NCBI GenBank assembly: GCA_035544015.1
Contig: DATKIP010000064.1
Span: forward strand, 2,131 to 66,130
Direction: 5' to 3'
Length of the DNA stretch: 64,000 nucleotides
From: Candidatus Saccharimonadia bacterium
GTDB taxonomy: Bacteria; Patescibacteriota; Saccharimonadia; UBA4664
Both the position numbers and the translations under genes were made by a program. Positions within the stretch are counted from its first letter, which is position 1, and each line of letters starts with the position of its first letter. The notes beneath the pieces are model-generated. The model ran no database searches. It was not told the DNA's origin and saw only the letters and a list, made by a program, of their open reading frames with translations. This document shows positions 31,301-40,677 of this stretch, in pieces.

Positions 31301-32335
31301 ATGGGCTTAAAAGAACAAATCTTAGAAGTAGCCGAGGCTAAAAAGCACTTTAAGACGGCCGACGTAATGGCCGCCATTAACGATGGCGCCGCTCGTTCGT
31401 ATGTCAGTACAGTAATTAACTCAATGGTATCCGATGGCGCCCTAGTTAGGGAAGGCTCGGGCAGATGGTCTATTTATGCCTTGCCAAAATACGCAGACAC
31501 ACTAGGCAAGAGAATAAAAAAGCGCTTGGCTAACGTCAGCCTTGAAGAATATGAAGTCTTTGACGCTATTAAGAAAGAAAAGCCTTTCTTAAATACCCTC
31601 AGAGAGAATATTCAAAGCGTTCTTGCATATGCTTTCTCAGAAATGCTTAACAATGCCATTGAGCATTCGGGAAGTAAAAACATTGAAGTTGAAATCCAGC
31701 AGCAAAAAGATAACCTCACCTTTGTCGTGAGAGATTTCGGCGTAGGAGTGTTTAGAAATGTTATGGCTAAGCGAGGGCTTGCTTCGGAACTCGAAGCCAT
31801 ACAAGACCTTCTAAAAGGAAAAACTACCACCGCACCTCAAGCCCATTCGGGTGAGGGCATTTTCTTTACTTCGAAAGCCGGCGACCTCTTTGTGCTTGAA
31901 AGCTATGGGCTGAGACTGCGCATTGATAATGTTATTAATGACGTATTTGTAGAGGAAGTTAAGGCTGACGTTCGAGGGACACAAGTTACATTTCAAATCA
32001 GCACAAAATCCAAGCGCCATCTGAGCGAAGTCTTTGCAGGATATCAGGTTGACCCGGAAGAACCTGCCTTCGACCAGACAGAAGTAAAGATTAGACTTTA
32101 CACAATGGGGACAATATATGTCTCAAGGTCTCAGGCTCGAAGAGTCTTAGTAGGACTCGATAAATTCAGAAGAATTATTTTGGACTTTGATAAGGTGCCA
32201 ACGGTCGGACAGGCCTTCTCTGATGAGATATTTCGCGTATTCCAATCCAGACATCCAGAAATCGAAATCGCCCCGGTCAATATGAATGACGCCGTCAAAT
32301 TTATGGTCGGTCGTGTAGATAAACCAACAAAATAA
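31301..32335 (+). CDS. Winged-HTH + GHKL ATPase/kinase + STAS-like (DUF4325) fusion protein
   Basis: N-terminal wHTH (VMAAINDGAARSYVSTVINSMVSDGALVRE). N-box EMLNNAIEHS, G1 DFGVGV, G2 GEGIFF. C-terminal DUF4325-like ILDFDKV. Low GC (~42%). Confidence 0.6.
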   Translation: MGLKEQILEVAEAKKHFKTADVMAAINDGAARSYVSTVINSMVSDGALVREGSGRWSIYALPKYADTLGKRIKKRLANVSLEEYEVFDAIKKEKPFLNTLRENIQSVLAYAFSEMLNNAIEHSGSKNIEVEIQQQKDNLTFVVRDFGVGVFRNVMAKRGLASELEAIQDLLKGKTTTAPQAHSGEGIFFTSKAGDLFVLESYGLRLRIDNVINDVFVEEVKADVRGTQVTFQISTKSKRHLSEVFAGYQVDPEEPAFDQTEVKIRLYTMGTIYVSRSQARRVLVGLDKFRRIILDFDKVPTVGQAFSDEIFRVFQSRHPEIEIAPVNMNDAVKFMVGRVDKPTK

Positions 32336-32351
32336 CGGCTTTGTAAAGCCG
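32328..32351. terminator. Bidirectional terminator hairpin AACGGCTTT-gtaa-AGCCGTT with flanking A/T
   Basis: Lies between the convergent CDS and tRNA-Asn. Confidence 0.5.
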
Positions 32352-32426
32352 TTATTCATCAAATAATTCCTGGCTCCGGAGGTCGGGCTCGAACCGACGA
32401 CCAATTCGTTAACAGCGAACTGCTCT
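32352..32426 (-). tRNA. tRNA-Asn (anticodon GTT) with encoded CCA
   Basis: Manual fold of TCCGGAGTAGCTCAGTGGTAGAGCAGTTCGCTGTTAACGAATTGGTCGTCGGTTCGAGCCCGACCTCCGGAGCCA: 7-bp acceptor stem, D-arm GCTC/GAGC, anticodon loop CTGTTAA, T-arm GTCGG/CCGAC with TTCGAGC loop. Confidence 0.85.
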
Positions 32427-32606
32427 ACCACTGAGCTACTCCGGATCACAATGTGGGCTGGCCCCATCGGGTGATACTACGAGATTATAGCGATGCGACT
32501 CGGCCTGGTCAATCACTGCGCAAAAAAGCGGCCAGAGATTACCTCTAGCCGCCGGGGGTGTGGAGACCGTTCGCTCCCATGCCCCCATCTCGTCTTGAAC
32601 GCGCGG

Positions 32607-33014
32607 CTACTTGCCGCCAAGCAACTTCCCGATCACGCCTGCGATACCGCCGACGACGCGCTGGCCTGGCGCCGCCGAAGCGGGCCTGGTCACCACGATG
32701 GTGGGCTCGACGAACTGTCCCTGCCCGTCGATCTGAGCTGTCCAGCGCGGGCGCTGCTGGGTGAGCTCGCGCTCGAACAGATCAAACCCCACCCGGCTGA
32801 AGCTGTCGCTCCACTGGAGTGTCAGTTTGTTGCCGTTCCAGCCGCCGCGCTCGGCCCGCTCCAGAGCGGCCCAGATGGCGTCGGCGGCCTTGCGTGGCGC
32901 CCCTGCCACCAGGCGCTCCGCTTGCGCCGCGTCGTGGCGCTCCCAGTAGTCCTTCTCGTGTTGGGCAAGACGCTCAGCGGCTTGCTTCGGGGTCTCGGGC
33001 GTGTAGTCGGACAT
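32607..33014 (-). CDS. Hypothetical protein
   Basis: Start MSDYTPETPKQ with a GAGGGTGAG SD; no recognisable domain. Confidence 0.45.
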   Translation of the reverse strand: MSDYTPETPKQAAERLAQHEKDYWERHDAAQAERLVAGAPRKAADAIWAALERAERGGWNGNKLTLQWSDSFSRVGFDLFERELTQQRPRWTAQIDGQGQFVEPTIVVTRPASAAPGQRVVGGIAGVIGKLLGGK

Positions 33015-33157
33015 ATTGCTCACCCTCTCGGTCAAGGTTCAGGACAAACCGCATTATAACATAAAACAAAGATAAATACTAGGATTCGACCCCACCAGAG
33101 TCCTGTATTATTTGGGATTTTCCCTATATAATGGGCAAACTTACTGAGGAGGTCGAA

Positions 33158-36100
33158 GTGAACCGCTTGAAACGTGCCGCTGCAATTGCCCTGATCGCCC
33201 TACTAACCCTATCCGGTCTCACGCTGCCCGTGCCCGGCGCACACGCCTCCACCCCCACCGGCTCCTCGATCAACACCCACACCGTCATGGTCGACGATCA
33301 AAGCAAAATCGTGTCGTGGGTGCCCAACCAAGACCAGGCCTATGCCACCGTGGCCGCCAGCGCCTGGAATTTCCTCCTTAATAACGTCCCCACCGACGAG
33401 CACGGCCTGCCTGGCTTCTACACCCACTCCTACTTCAACCCCGACACGCGTGAGCTGTCGTTCAACCCCCACAACCCGGCCGGCACCAATGCCATGCTCA
33501 CCGAATCCGCGCTCCAATACTACCAATATTCCGGTGACGCCCGCGTGCTCACGCTGGTCGAAAATTCCGTCACATACCACCTGGATCACGGCATGACTGC
33601 TGCCGGCGACAATTGGTCAAACGTACCCTACGCCAGCAGCGATTACGGCAACACCACCTACGCCGGCGCTAGCCGCGGCAATTCCGACGGCGTCGGTGAC
33701 GGCGTGGGCGTGATCGAGCCCGACAAAGTCGGCGAGCTCGGCGTCGCCTTCGTGCAGCTGTACAAGATCACCGGCGAGCAGAAGTACCTCACCGCCGCCA
33801 TCAATGCTGCCAATGCCCTCGCCAGCCACGTGCGCGCCGGCAACGCCACCCAGTCGCCGTGGCCCTTCCGCGTGAAGGCCTCCGACAACACCATCAAAGA
33901 GCAATACACCGCCCACACCATCAGCCCCATCGAGCTGCTCGACAATCTCATTGCGCTCGGTCAGGGCAACACCGCCTCGTATCAGTCCGCCCGCACCACC
34001 GCCTGGAACTGGCTCATGCAGTACCCTATGCAAAGCAACAACTGGAGCACCTACTTCGAGGACGTCGATTTCCATCCCGGCGCCAATAACAACACCCAAA
34101 TGAACTCCATAATGACCGCCCGCTACCTCTTGCAGCACCCCGAGTACGACGCCAACTGGGAGACGCACGTGCGCGGGCTGATCGCCTGGACCGAGCAAAA
34201 CTTTGCCGTACCCGCTTTCGGCGCCAACACCATCCAGGAACAGGCCGATTTTGCCCACCCCATGGGTAGCCACACCAGCCGCTACTGCGATGTGAACGCC
34301 TTGCTCTACCAGCGCACCGGCGACCTCGCTGCCAAAGAAAAAGCCTACCGCGCCTGCAACTGGGCCACCTACATGGCCCGCGACAACGGCGTGGTCATTG
34401 ACGGCCCCGAGATCAACAACGCCTGGTTCACCGACGGCTACGGCGACTTCATCCGCGGCATGATGGTAGCCATGGGCGGTTCGCCCGACTTCGCCCCCGC
34501 CGGCCAAAACCACCTGCTCCAAACCAGCTCCGTGGTCACGAACGTCACGTACGGCCCGTCGCAGCTCAGCTACTCCGCCTTTGAGGCCGCCGGCACCGAG
34601 GTCATCAAAGTCGCCAGCGCCCCCACCGGCGTCGCGATCAATGGCGTTAGCCTCGCTCAGCGCAGCGACCTGGCCGCCGAGGGCTGGACCTACGACGCCG
34701 CTCAAAGCGTGGTACGCGTGCGCCGCGATACGGGCAAAAACGTCACCATCGCACTCAACGGTACCCCCACCAACCTGCTTCCCAACGTGAGCCTCAGCAC
34801 CGGCGCCACCACCTACACCGCACCGGCCAGCTTCAACGTCACGGCCGCCGCCAGCGACCCCGACGGCACCATCACCAAGGTCGAATTCTACCAAAACGGC
34901 GCCCTCGTGAGCACTGTCACCACCACGCCTTATACCTTTGCCGCCGCCGCTCTACCCGCCGGCAGCTACGCCTTCAGCGCTCGCGCCTACGACAACCAAA
35001 ACGCCAGTAGCAACTCCAATACCGTTAGCGTCACCGTCAACGGTGCCTCCCAGGGTGGTACCTGGACCGGCGCCGACATTGGCACCACCGGCGTAGCCGG
35101 CTCCACTGCTGCCGCGGGCAGCGCCATTACCGTGAAGGGTGGCGGCACCGATATCTGGGGCACTGCCGACTCGTTCCAATTCGGCTACCAGCAAATGACC
35201 GGCGACGGCGAGATCAAAGCCCGCGTCGTCACGCAGCAAAACACCGACCCCTGGGCGCTAGCCGGCGTCATGATCCGCGACACCCTCGCCCCCGGCGCCA
35301 AAGAGACGCTAGCCGCCATGACCCCCGGCCACGGTGCAGCCTTTGACTACCGCACCGCCACCGGTGGCAGCACCACTTACGTCAACGGCGCCGCGGCCAC
35401 CGTGCCATATTGGATGCGCCTCGTGCGCGCCGGCACCACCATTACCGCCTCCAAATCCACCAACGGCACCGCCTGGACCAGCATGGGCAGTGCTACCGTT
35501 AGCCTCGGCACCACCGCCTACGTTGGCCTGGCCGTCACCTCGCACAACCCGTCCGCGCTCGGCACCGCCACCTTCGACAACGTCAGCTTCACCGGCCAGT
35601 CCACTGCCGACACCACCCCGCCCGTCATCTCGGGCATAAGCGTCTCCGGCGTGAACCCCAACGGCGCCACGGTCAGTTGGACCACGAGCGAGCCCGCCAC
35701 CTCGCAGATCGAATTCGGTCCCACCACCGCGTATGGCAGCTCCACCACGCTCAACAGCAGCCTGGCCACTGCTCACACCCAGGTAGTTCCCGACCTGGCC
35801 TCCGCCACCACTTACCACTACCGCGTCAAATCCGCCGACGCCGCGGCCAACCTGGCCACCTCGGCCGACAACACCTTTACCACCCCTACTCCGGCCGACA
35901 CCCAGGCCCCGTCGGCCCCCACCGGCCTCACCGCTACGGCCATTAGCTTTACCCAGGCCAATCTAAACTGGACCGCCGCTACCGACAACGTCGCCGTCAC
36001 CGGCTACCAGGTCTTCCGCGACGGCGTCCAAATCGGCACCGCCACGGGCACCACCTTTAGCGACGCCGCCCTCACCTTCAACACGAATTACACCTACACC

Positions 36101-37909
36101 GTGCGCGCCGTCGACGCGGCCGGCAACGTTTCGCTCGATTCTAATGCGGCCGCTATCACCACCCCCACGCCCGACACCCAGGCTCCCAGCGTACCCACCG
36201 GCCTCACCGCCAGCGTCACCCTGCCCAACCAAGTTGACCTCAGCTGGACCGCCGCCGCCGACGACACCGCTGTCACAAAATACCTCGTGAAGCGAAACGG
36301 CGCCGTCATAGCTCAACCCACCGGCACCACGTTCTCCGACACCACCGCCACCGGCGGTAGCACCTACAGCTACGTCGTGGCCGCCGCCGACGCCGCCGGC
36401 AACACATCGGCCAGCTCCGACCCAGCCACCGCCACTGTTCCCGACACCACCGCCCCCACCGCGCCCGTGAGCCTCACCGCCACGGCCGTTGCCGGGCCGC
36501 AAGTCAACCTATCCTGGGGCGCCTCCAGCGATGCCGTCGGTGTCACCAGCTACCTCATCTTCCGCGACGGCCAACCCCTCGACACCGCCACCGGCACGAG
36601 CTACTCGGACGCTAATGTAGTAACCGGCACCACCTACAATTACACGGTCGAAGCCACCGATGCCGCCGGTAACCTCTCCGCTGCCTCCAACACCGCCACC
36701 ATTACACCTCCCGTGCCCGACACCCAAGCGCCCACCGCGCCCACCGGTCTCACCGCCACGGCTGTCAGCTTCACCCAGGTGAACCTCGCCTGGACCGCCG
36801 CTACCGACAACATCGCCGTCACCGGCTACCAAATCTTCCGCGACGGCGCCCAGGTCGGCACCACCACTGGCACCACCTATGCCGACACCGCCCTGCTAGC
36901 CGGCAACAGCTACGCTTACACCGTGCGTGCCACCGATGCCGCCGGCAACCTTTCGCCCGCGTCCAACACCGCCACGGCCACCACGCCCACGCCCGACACC
37001 ACGCCGCCGTCGGCCCCCAGCGCCCTCACCGCCACCGCGCCCACCGGCACGCAGGTCAACCTCAGCTGGACCGCCAGCACCGACAACGTCGGCGTCACTC
37101 GCTACAATGTCCTGCGCGGCGGAACCCAAATCGGCACCACTACGAGCACGAGCTATGCCGACACCACGGTCGCCGCCGGCACCAGCTACTCCTACACTGT
37201 GACTGCCCAAGACGCCGCCGGCAACGTGAGCGCCGCGTCCAACACCGCCACCGTCACCACGCCGGCCCCGGTCGTCACGCTCGCCGTCGACACCCAAGTG
37301 GCCGTCCACACCACCACGGCCGCTACCACCATCACCTCGCCGGCCTTCACCACCGCCGGCCCAGGCGAGCTCCTCGTAGCCTTCGTCTCCTCCGACGGCC
37401 CCAGCGGCGCCTCCACCTTTAGCTCCGTCACCACCACCGGCCTCACCTGGACCCTGCGCAAGCGCCAAAACACCCAGGCCGGCACCTCCGAGATCTGGAC
37501 CGCCCCGGCCGCCGCCAAGCTCACGAATGCCACGGCCAAAGCCACCCGCACCGGTTCCTACCGCAGCTCCCTCGTCGTCACCGCCTTCAAGGGCGCCGAC
37601 CTCACGACCATCGGCGCCACCGCCGGAGCCAGTGCCGCCACCGGCGCCGCCACTGCCAGCCTCACCACCACCCGCGCGGGTTCCTGGGTCTGGGCCGTTG
37701 GCAACGACTGGGACAACGCCGTCGCCCGCACGGTCGGTACCGCCCAAACCAAAGTCGATGAGTTCCTCACGAGCACCGGCGACACCCTCTGGGTCCAGCG
37801 CCGCACCGCCGTCACCCCGGCCGCCGGCACCGTTGTTACCATCAACGACACCGCCCCCACCGCCGACCGCTACAACCTGGCGCTCATCGAGATTCTGCCC
37901 GCTCCATAG
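33158..37909 (+). CDS. Giant secreted multidomain protein: (alpha/alpha)-toroid-like N-terminal domain, Ig-like domain, concanavalin-like lectin domain, 6 FN3 repeats, and C-terminal beta-rich domain
   Basis: Signal peptide after the GTG start (GAGGAGG SD); the ORF track starts at ATG 33131, right after TATATAAT. FN3 repeats ...TGLTAT..L.WTAATDNVAVTGYQ.FRDG.... The lectin-like domain is GGTWTGADIG...GTATFDNVSFTG. Confidence 0.75.
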   Translation: MNRLKRAAAIALIALLTLSGLTLPVPGAHASTPTGSSINTHTVMVDDQSKIVSWVPNQDQAYATVAASAWNFLLNNVPTDEHGLPGFYTHSYFNPDTRELSFNPHNPAGTNAMLTESALQYYQYSGDARVLTLVENSVTYHLDHGMTAAGDNWSNVPYASSDYGNTTYAGASRGNSDGVGDGVGVIEPDKVGELGVAFVQLYKITGEQKYLTAAINAANALASHVRAGNATQSPWPFRVKASDNTIKEQYTAHTISPIELLDNLIALGQGNTASYQSARTTAWNWLMQYPMQSNNWSTYFEDVDFHPGANNNTQMNSIMTARYLLQHPEYDANWETHVRGLIAWTEQNFAVPAFGANTIQEQADFAHPMGSHTSRYCDVNALLYQRTGDLAAKEKAYRACNWATYMARDNGVVIDGPEINNAWFTDGYGDFIRGMMVAMGGSPDFAPAGQNHLLQTSSVVTNVTYGPSQLSYSAFEAAGTEVIKVASAPTGVAINGVSLAQRSDLAAEGWTYDAAQSVVRVRRDTGKNVTIALNGTPTNLLPNVSLSTGATTYTAPASFNVTAAASDPDGTITKVEFYQNGALVSTVTTTPYTFAAAALPAGSYAFSARAYDNQNASSNSNTVSVTVNGASQGGTWTGADIGTTGVAGSTAAAGSAITVKGGGTDIWGTADSFQFGYQQMTGDGEIKARVVTQQNTDPWALAGVMIRDTLAPGAKETLAAMTPGHGAAFDYRTATGGSTTYVNGAAATVPYWMRLVRAGTTITASKSTNGTAWTSMGSATVSLGTTAYVGLAVTSHNPSALGTATFDNVSFTGQSTADTTPPVISGISVSGVNPNGATVSWTTSEPATSQIEFGPTTAYGSSTTLNSSLATAHTQVVPDLASATTYHYRVKSADAAANLATSADNTFTTPTPADTQAPSAPTGLTATAISFTQANLNWTAATDNVAVTGYQVFRDGVQIGTATGTTFSDAALTFNTNYTYTVRAVDAAGNVSLDSNAAAITTPTPDTQAPSVPTGLTASVTLPNQVDLSWTAAADDTAVTKYLVKRNGAVIAQPTGTTFSDTTATGGSTYSYVVAAADAAGNTSASSDPATATVPDTTAPTAPVSLTATAVAGPQVNLSWGASSDAVGVTSYLIFRDGQPLDTATGTSYSDANVVTGTTYNYTVEATDAAGNLSAASNTATITPPVPDTQAPTAPTGLTATAVSFTQVNLAWTAATDNIAVTGYQIFRDGAQVGTTTGTTYADTALLAGNSYAYTVRATDAAGNLSPASNTATATTPTPDTTPPSAPSALTATAPTGTQVNLSWTASTDNVGVTRYNVLRGGTQIGTTTSTSYADTTVAAGTSYSYTVTAQDAAGNVSAASNTATVTTPAPVVTLAVDTQVAVHTTTAATTITSPAFTTAGPGELLVAFVSSDGPSGASTFSSVTTTGLTWTLRKRQNTQAGTSEIWTAPAAAKLTNATAKATRTGSYRSSLVVTAFKGADLTTIGATAGASAATGAATASLTTTRAGSWVWAVGNDWDNAVARTVGTAQTKVDEFLTSTGDTLWVQRRTAVTPAAGTVVTINDTAPTADRYNLALIEILPAP
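35900..37270 (+). repeat. Tandem array of five near-identical FN3-encoding repeats (~270 bp each), plus one diverged copy upstream
   Basis: Recurrent DNA blocks CCGACACCCA(G/A)GC.CC...ACCGGCCTCACCGC and protein blocks DTQAPSAPTGLTATA...; it is intragenic. Confidence 0.7.
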
Positions 37910-37944
37910 TCGTATCCAGGGCCAAATCTGCCTATACTACGAGT

Positions 37945-38478
37945 ATGTTCATCAAAGAACTCTCCACCACCGACCCGACCATTCAGCTAGTGGCGCCCGA
38001 CGTCATCCGCGACGCTCCTCTAGGCGTCACCTGGCTGGCTGGTCCGCGTGGCCGGCATACCCTCAAAATGATGGGCGTGATGGATTCAATCAATCAGCCC
38101 TCAGACCTAGACCAGGAAACCAAACGCATCCAGGTCTTCCTCGAAAACCCCAACCAGTACAACTGGATGATTCGAGTCAAAAACCAGATAGTCGGTTCAG
38201 TTTGGGTTGACCGGCACGGCTGGGGCAATCTCAAAGGGCCCGTCGTCTCGATCATGATTGGCGACCCCTCGGCCCGCGGACAAGGGGTTGGACATGCCGC
38301 GCTTCAGGCAGCCATTGAATTCCTCGAATCCCAAGGGCATAAGCGCATATACGCTCGTCATATCATCGATAACCAAGTTAGCCCTCTGCTCCTAAGTAAA
38401 TTAGGTTTCAAAAAAACCGGCGATCCCTATATTGACGATGAAGATGGCTTGAGCTGGCAGACGCTGGTTCGCTCCTAG
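37945..38478 (+). CDS. GNAT family N-acetyltransferase
   Basis: ARGQGVGHAAL acetyl-CoA motif. Confidence 0.75.
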   Translation: MFIKELSTTDPTIQLVAPDVIRDAPLGVTWLAGPRGRHTLKMMGVMDSINQPSDLDQETKRIQVFLENPNQYNWMIRVKNQIVGSVWVDRHGWGNLKGPVVSIMIGDPSARGQGVGHAALQAAIEFLESQGHKRIYARHIIDNQVSPLLLSKLGFKKTGDPYIDDEDGLSWQTLVRS

Positions 38479-38623
38479 CAACGGTAAAGCGGAGGTTGGC
38501 TAGCTCGACGCAATCTGACGCCTGACAACCATCGGCCCAGGATGCTAACGACTAGGTAGAGTTCGTCAGTCAGGAGAGCTAGCCAACCGCAGCAAATATC
38601 ATGCGCCGGTGTATAGTAGGGGC

Positions 38624-39802
38624 ATGTTCGAGAGAACTCTCTTCGATAAACTCCTCCGCCGCCTCAAATCTGGCGGTGTCACGGTCCATTATTGGGATGG
38701 TACCACGACCCATTATGGCCCTGCCAAGCCCTACTTTGAGCTTATCCTCCATCACCCCCGAGCGGTGCGGGCAATCATGCGGCAGTTCACGCTCGGCTTT
38801 GGGGAAGCCTATATGGACGGCGCGATCGACATCGCCGGGGATATCACCCAAATCGGCCGGCTGATCGCCGAAAACCGGTCCGCCTTCGCCGCGCTCACCA
38901 AATTGAGCAATCTGCGCCGCCGCCAGCCCAACCGGCCCGGGCGCCAGCGCCACCTCATCCAGCACCACTACGATCTCGGAAACGATTTTTACCGTCTCTG
39001 GCTCGACAAATCCATGACCTACTCCTGCGCCTATTTCAGGCACGCTGATGATACACTTGAGGCTGCCCAAAGCCAAAAAGTCGAACACATTTTGCGTAAA
39101 CTGCAGCTCAGCCCAGGCCAAACCTTGCTCGACATTGGCTGCGGCTGGGGCCAATTGCTCATCGCCGCGGCCCAGAAGACCCCTGGCCTCCGCGGCCGCG
39201 GCATTACGCTGAGCGCCGAGCAATTCAAGCTTGCCACTGAGCGCGTCGCTGCCGCCGGGCTCAAAGATCGCATCACGATCGAGCTCATTAGCTACCACGA
39301 CCTAGCGGCCCGCGACCTCAAGTTCGACCGCATCGTATCGGTCGGAATGTACGAGCACGTGGGCTACCGCAACCATGCCGGCTACTTCCGCGCTGTCAAA
39401 CAGATGCTCGCGCCAAACGGCCTGAGCGTGCTGCACACCATCTCCACCGAGCATCTCCAGCCCAACGACGCCTGGATCGACAAATACATCTTCCCCGGCG
39501 GCTTCCTGCCCACGGTGGCCGAAACCACCAAGCTCATGGAAGCTCACGGCTTCGAGCTCCAAGATTACGAAAACCTGCGCTACCACTACGCCCTCACCCT
39601 CGACGAGTGGCTTCGGCGTTTCGAATCCCACCGCGACGAGGTCAAAGCCATGTACGACGAACGCTTTTACCGCATGTGGCGCCTCTACCTCGGAGGCTCC
39701 ATCGCCGGCTTCCGCTACTCCGACCTCACGCTGTCGCAATTCGTCATGACGCCCGGCCCCAACCCCCACCTCCCCCTCACCCGCGAGTTCCTCTACCAGT
39801 AG
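38624..39802 (+). CDS. Cyclopropane-fatty-acyl-phospholipid synthase family SAM-methyltransferase
   Basis: LLDIGCGWGQL motif I and CFA-synthase-like flanks; alternative GTG start at 38609. Confidence 0.8.
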   Translation: MFERTLFDKLLRRLKSGGVTVHYWDGTTTHYGPAKPYFELILHHPRAVRAIMRQFTLGFGEAYMDGAIDIAGDITQIGRLIAENRSAFAALTKLSNLRRRQPNRPGRQRHLIQHHYDLGNDFYRLWLDKSMTYSCAYFRHADDTLEAAQSQKVEHILRKLQLSPGQTLLDIGCGWGQLLIAAAQKTPGLRGRGITLSAEQFKLATERVAAAGLKDRITIELISYHDLAARDLKFDRIVSVGMYEHVGYRNHAGYFRAVKQMLAPNGLSVLHTISTEHLQPNDAWIDKYIFPGGFLPTVAETTKLMEAHGFELQDYENLRYHYALTLDEWLRRFESHRDEVKAMYDERFYRMWRLYLGGSIAGFRYSDLTLSQFVMTPGPNPHLPLTREFLYQ

Positions 39803-39993
39803 CAACATAGGGGTGCAGTGGGGTGGCGCGGAGGCAAACTGGCGCGACGCCGAAGACGCCAGACAACCACCGCTCCCACAATGCCAAACTCAGGTCGAGT
39901 TCGTCGCCCAGGAGCGCCAGTTTGCCGCAGCCCACCGCCTGCGGCCGTCCTCAATTCAGCGCAATCTCAGCCAAACCAGCGTACAATGCCCCC

Positions 39994-40677
39994 ATGAGAA
40001 TCCTAGTCGTAGAAGACGAGCACAAAATCGCCGGCGCCATCAAGCGGGGCCTCGAGCAGGAGTCGTACGCCGTCGACGCCGTGTACGACGGCGATGAGGG
40101 CCTCTCGAGCGCTCTCACCGACGAGTACGACGTTATCATCCTCGACCGCATGCTCCCCGGCCTGCTCGACGGCGTCGAGATATGCAAAGAGGTCCGCGCC
40201 GCCGGTATCCGCACGCCCATCCTCATGCTCACCGCCAAGGACAAAATCTCCGACCGCGTCGAGGGCCTTGGTTCCGGCGCCGATGATTACCTCGTAAAGC
40301 CCTTTGCCTTCGAGGAGCTCCTAGCCCGCATTCGTGCCCTGCTGCGCCGGCCCCAAGATCACGTCGGCAACGTGCTCGAGCTCGCCGATCTCAGTCTCGA
40401 TACCCAAACCTACGAGGTCAAACGCGACGGCCGTCGCATTCAGCTGTCGCAGCGCGAATACGCTCTGCTCGAATACCTCTTGCGCAACCAAAACCGCATT
40501 CTCTCCAAAACCAACATCATCAGCCACGTTTGGGATTACGATGCCGATATCCTCCCCAACACCCTAGAGGTGTATATTGGATATCTGCGGGGCAAAATTG
40601 AGCGCCCGTTCAAAGGTCCAGAACTAATCCACACCGTTCGAGGCTTCGGCTACAAGCTCTCCACTTCAAGCGAATGA
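39994..40677 (+). CDS. OmpR-family response regulator
   Basis: MRILVVEDE receiver and C-terminal winged-helix (TVRGFGYKL); start at the ATG with a conserved N-terminus, not the ORF-track start. Confidence 0.9.
   Translation: MRILVVEDEHKIAGAIKRGLEQESYAVDAVYDGDEGLSSALTDEYDVIILDRMLPGLLDGVEICKEVRAAGIRTPILMLTAKDKISDRVEGLGSGADDYLVKPFAFEELLARIRALLRRPQDHVGNVLELADLSLDTQTYEVKRDGRRIQLSQREYALLEYLLRNQNRILSKTNIISHVWDYDADILPNTLEVYIGYLRGKIERPFKGPELIHTVRGFGYKLSTSSE

Noticed and set aside
32352-32426. Alternative anticodon assignment for the tRNA
   Set aside because: The 7-nt anticodon loop CTGTTAA places GTT at positions 34-36 (Asn). No alternative fold keeps the 7/4/5/5 stems.
39823-39993. N-terminal 57-aa extension of the response regulator in the ORF track
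   Set aside because: The conserved receiver domain begins at MRILVVEDE (ATG 39994). The extension is Arg/Pro-rich read-through of the intergenic region.
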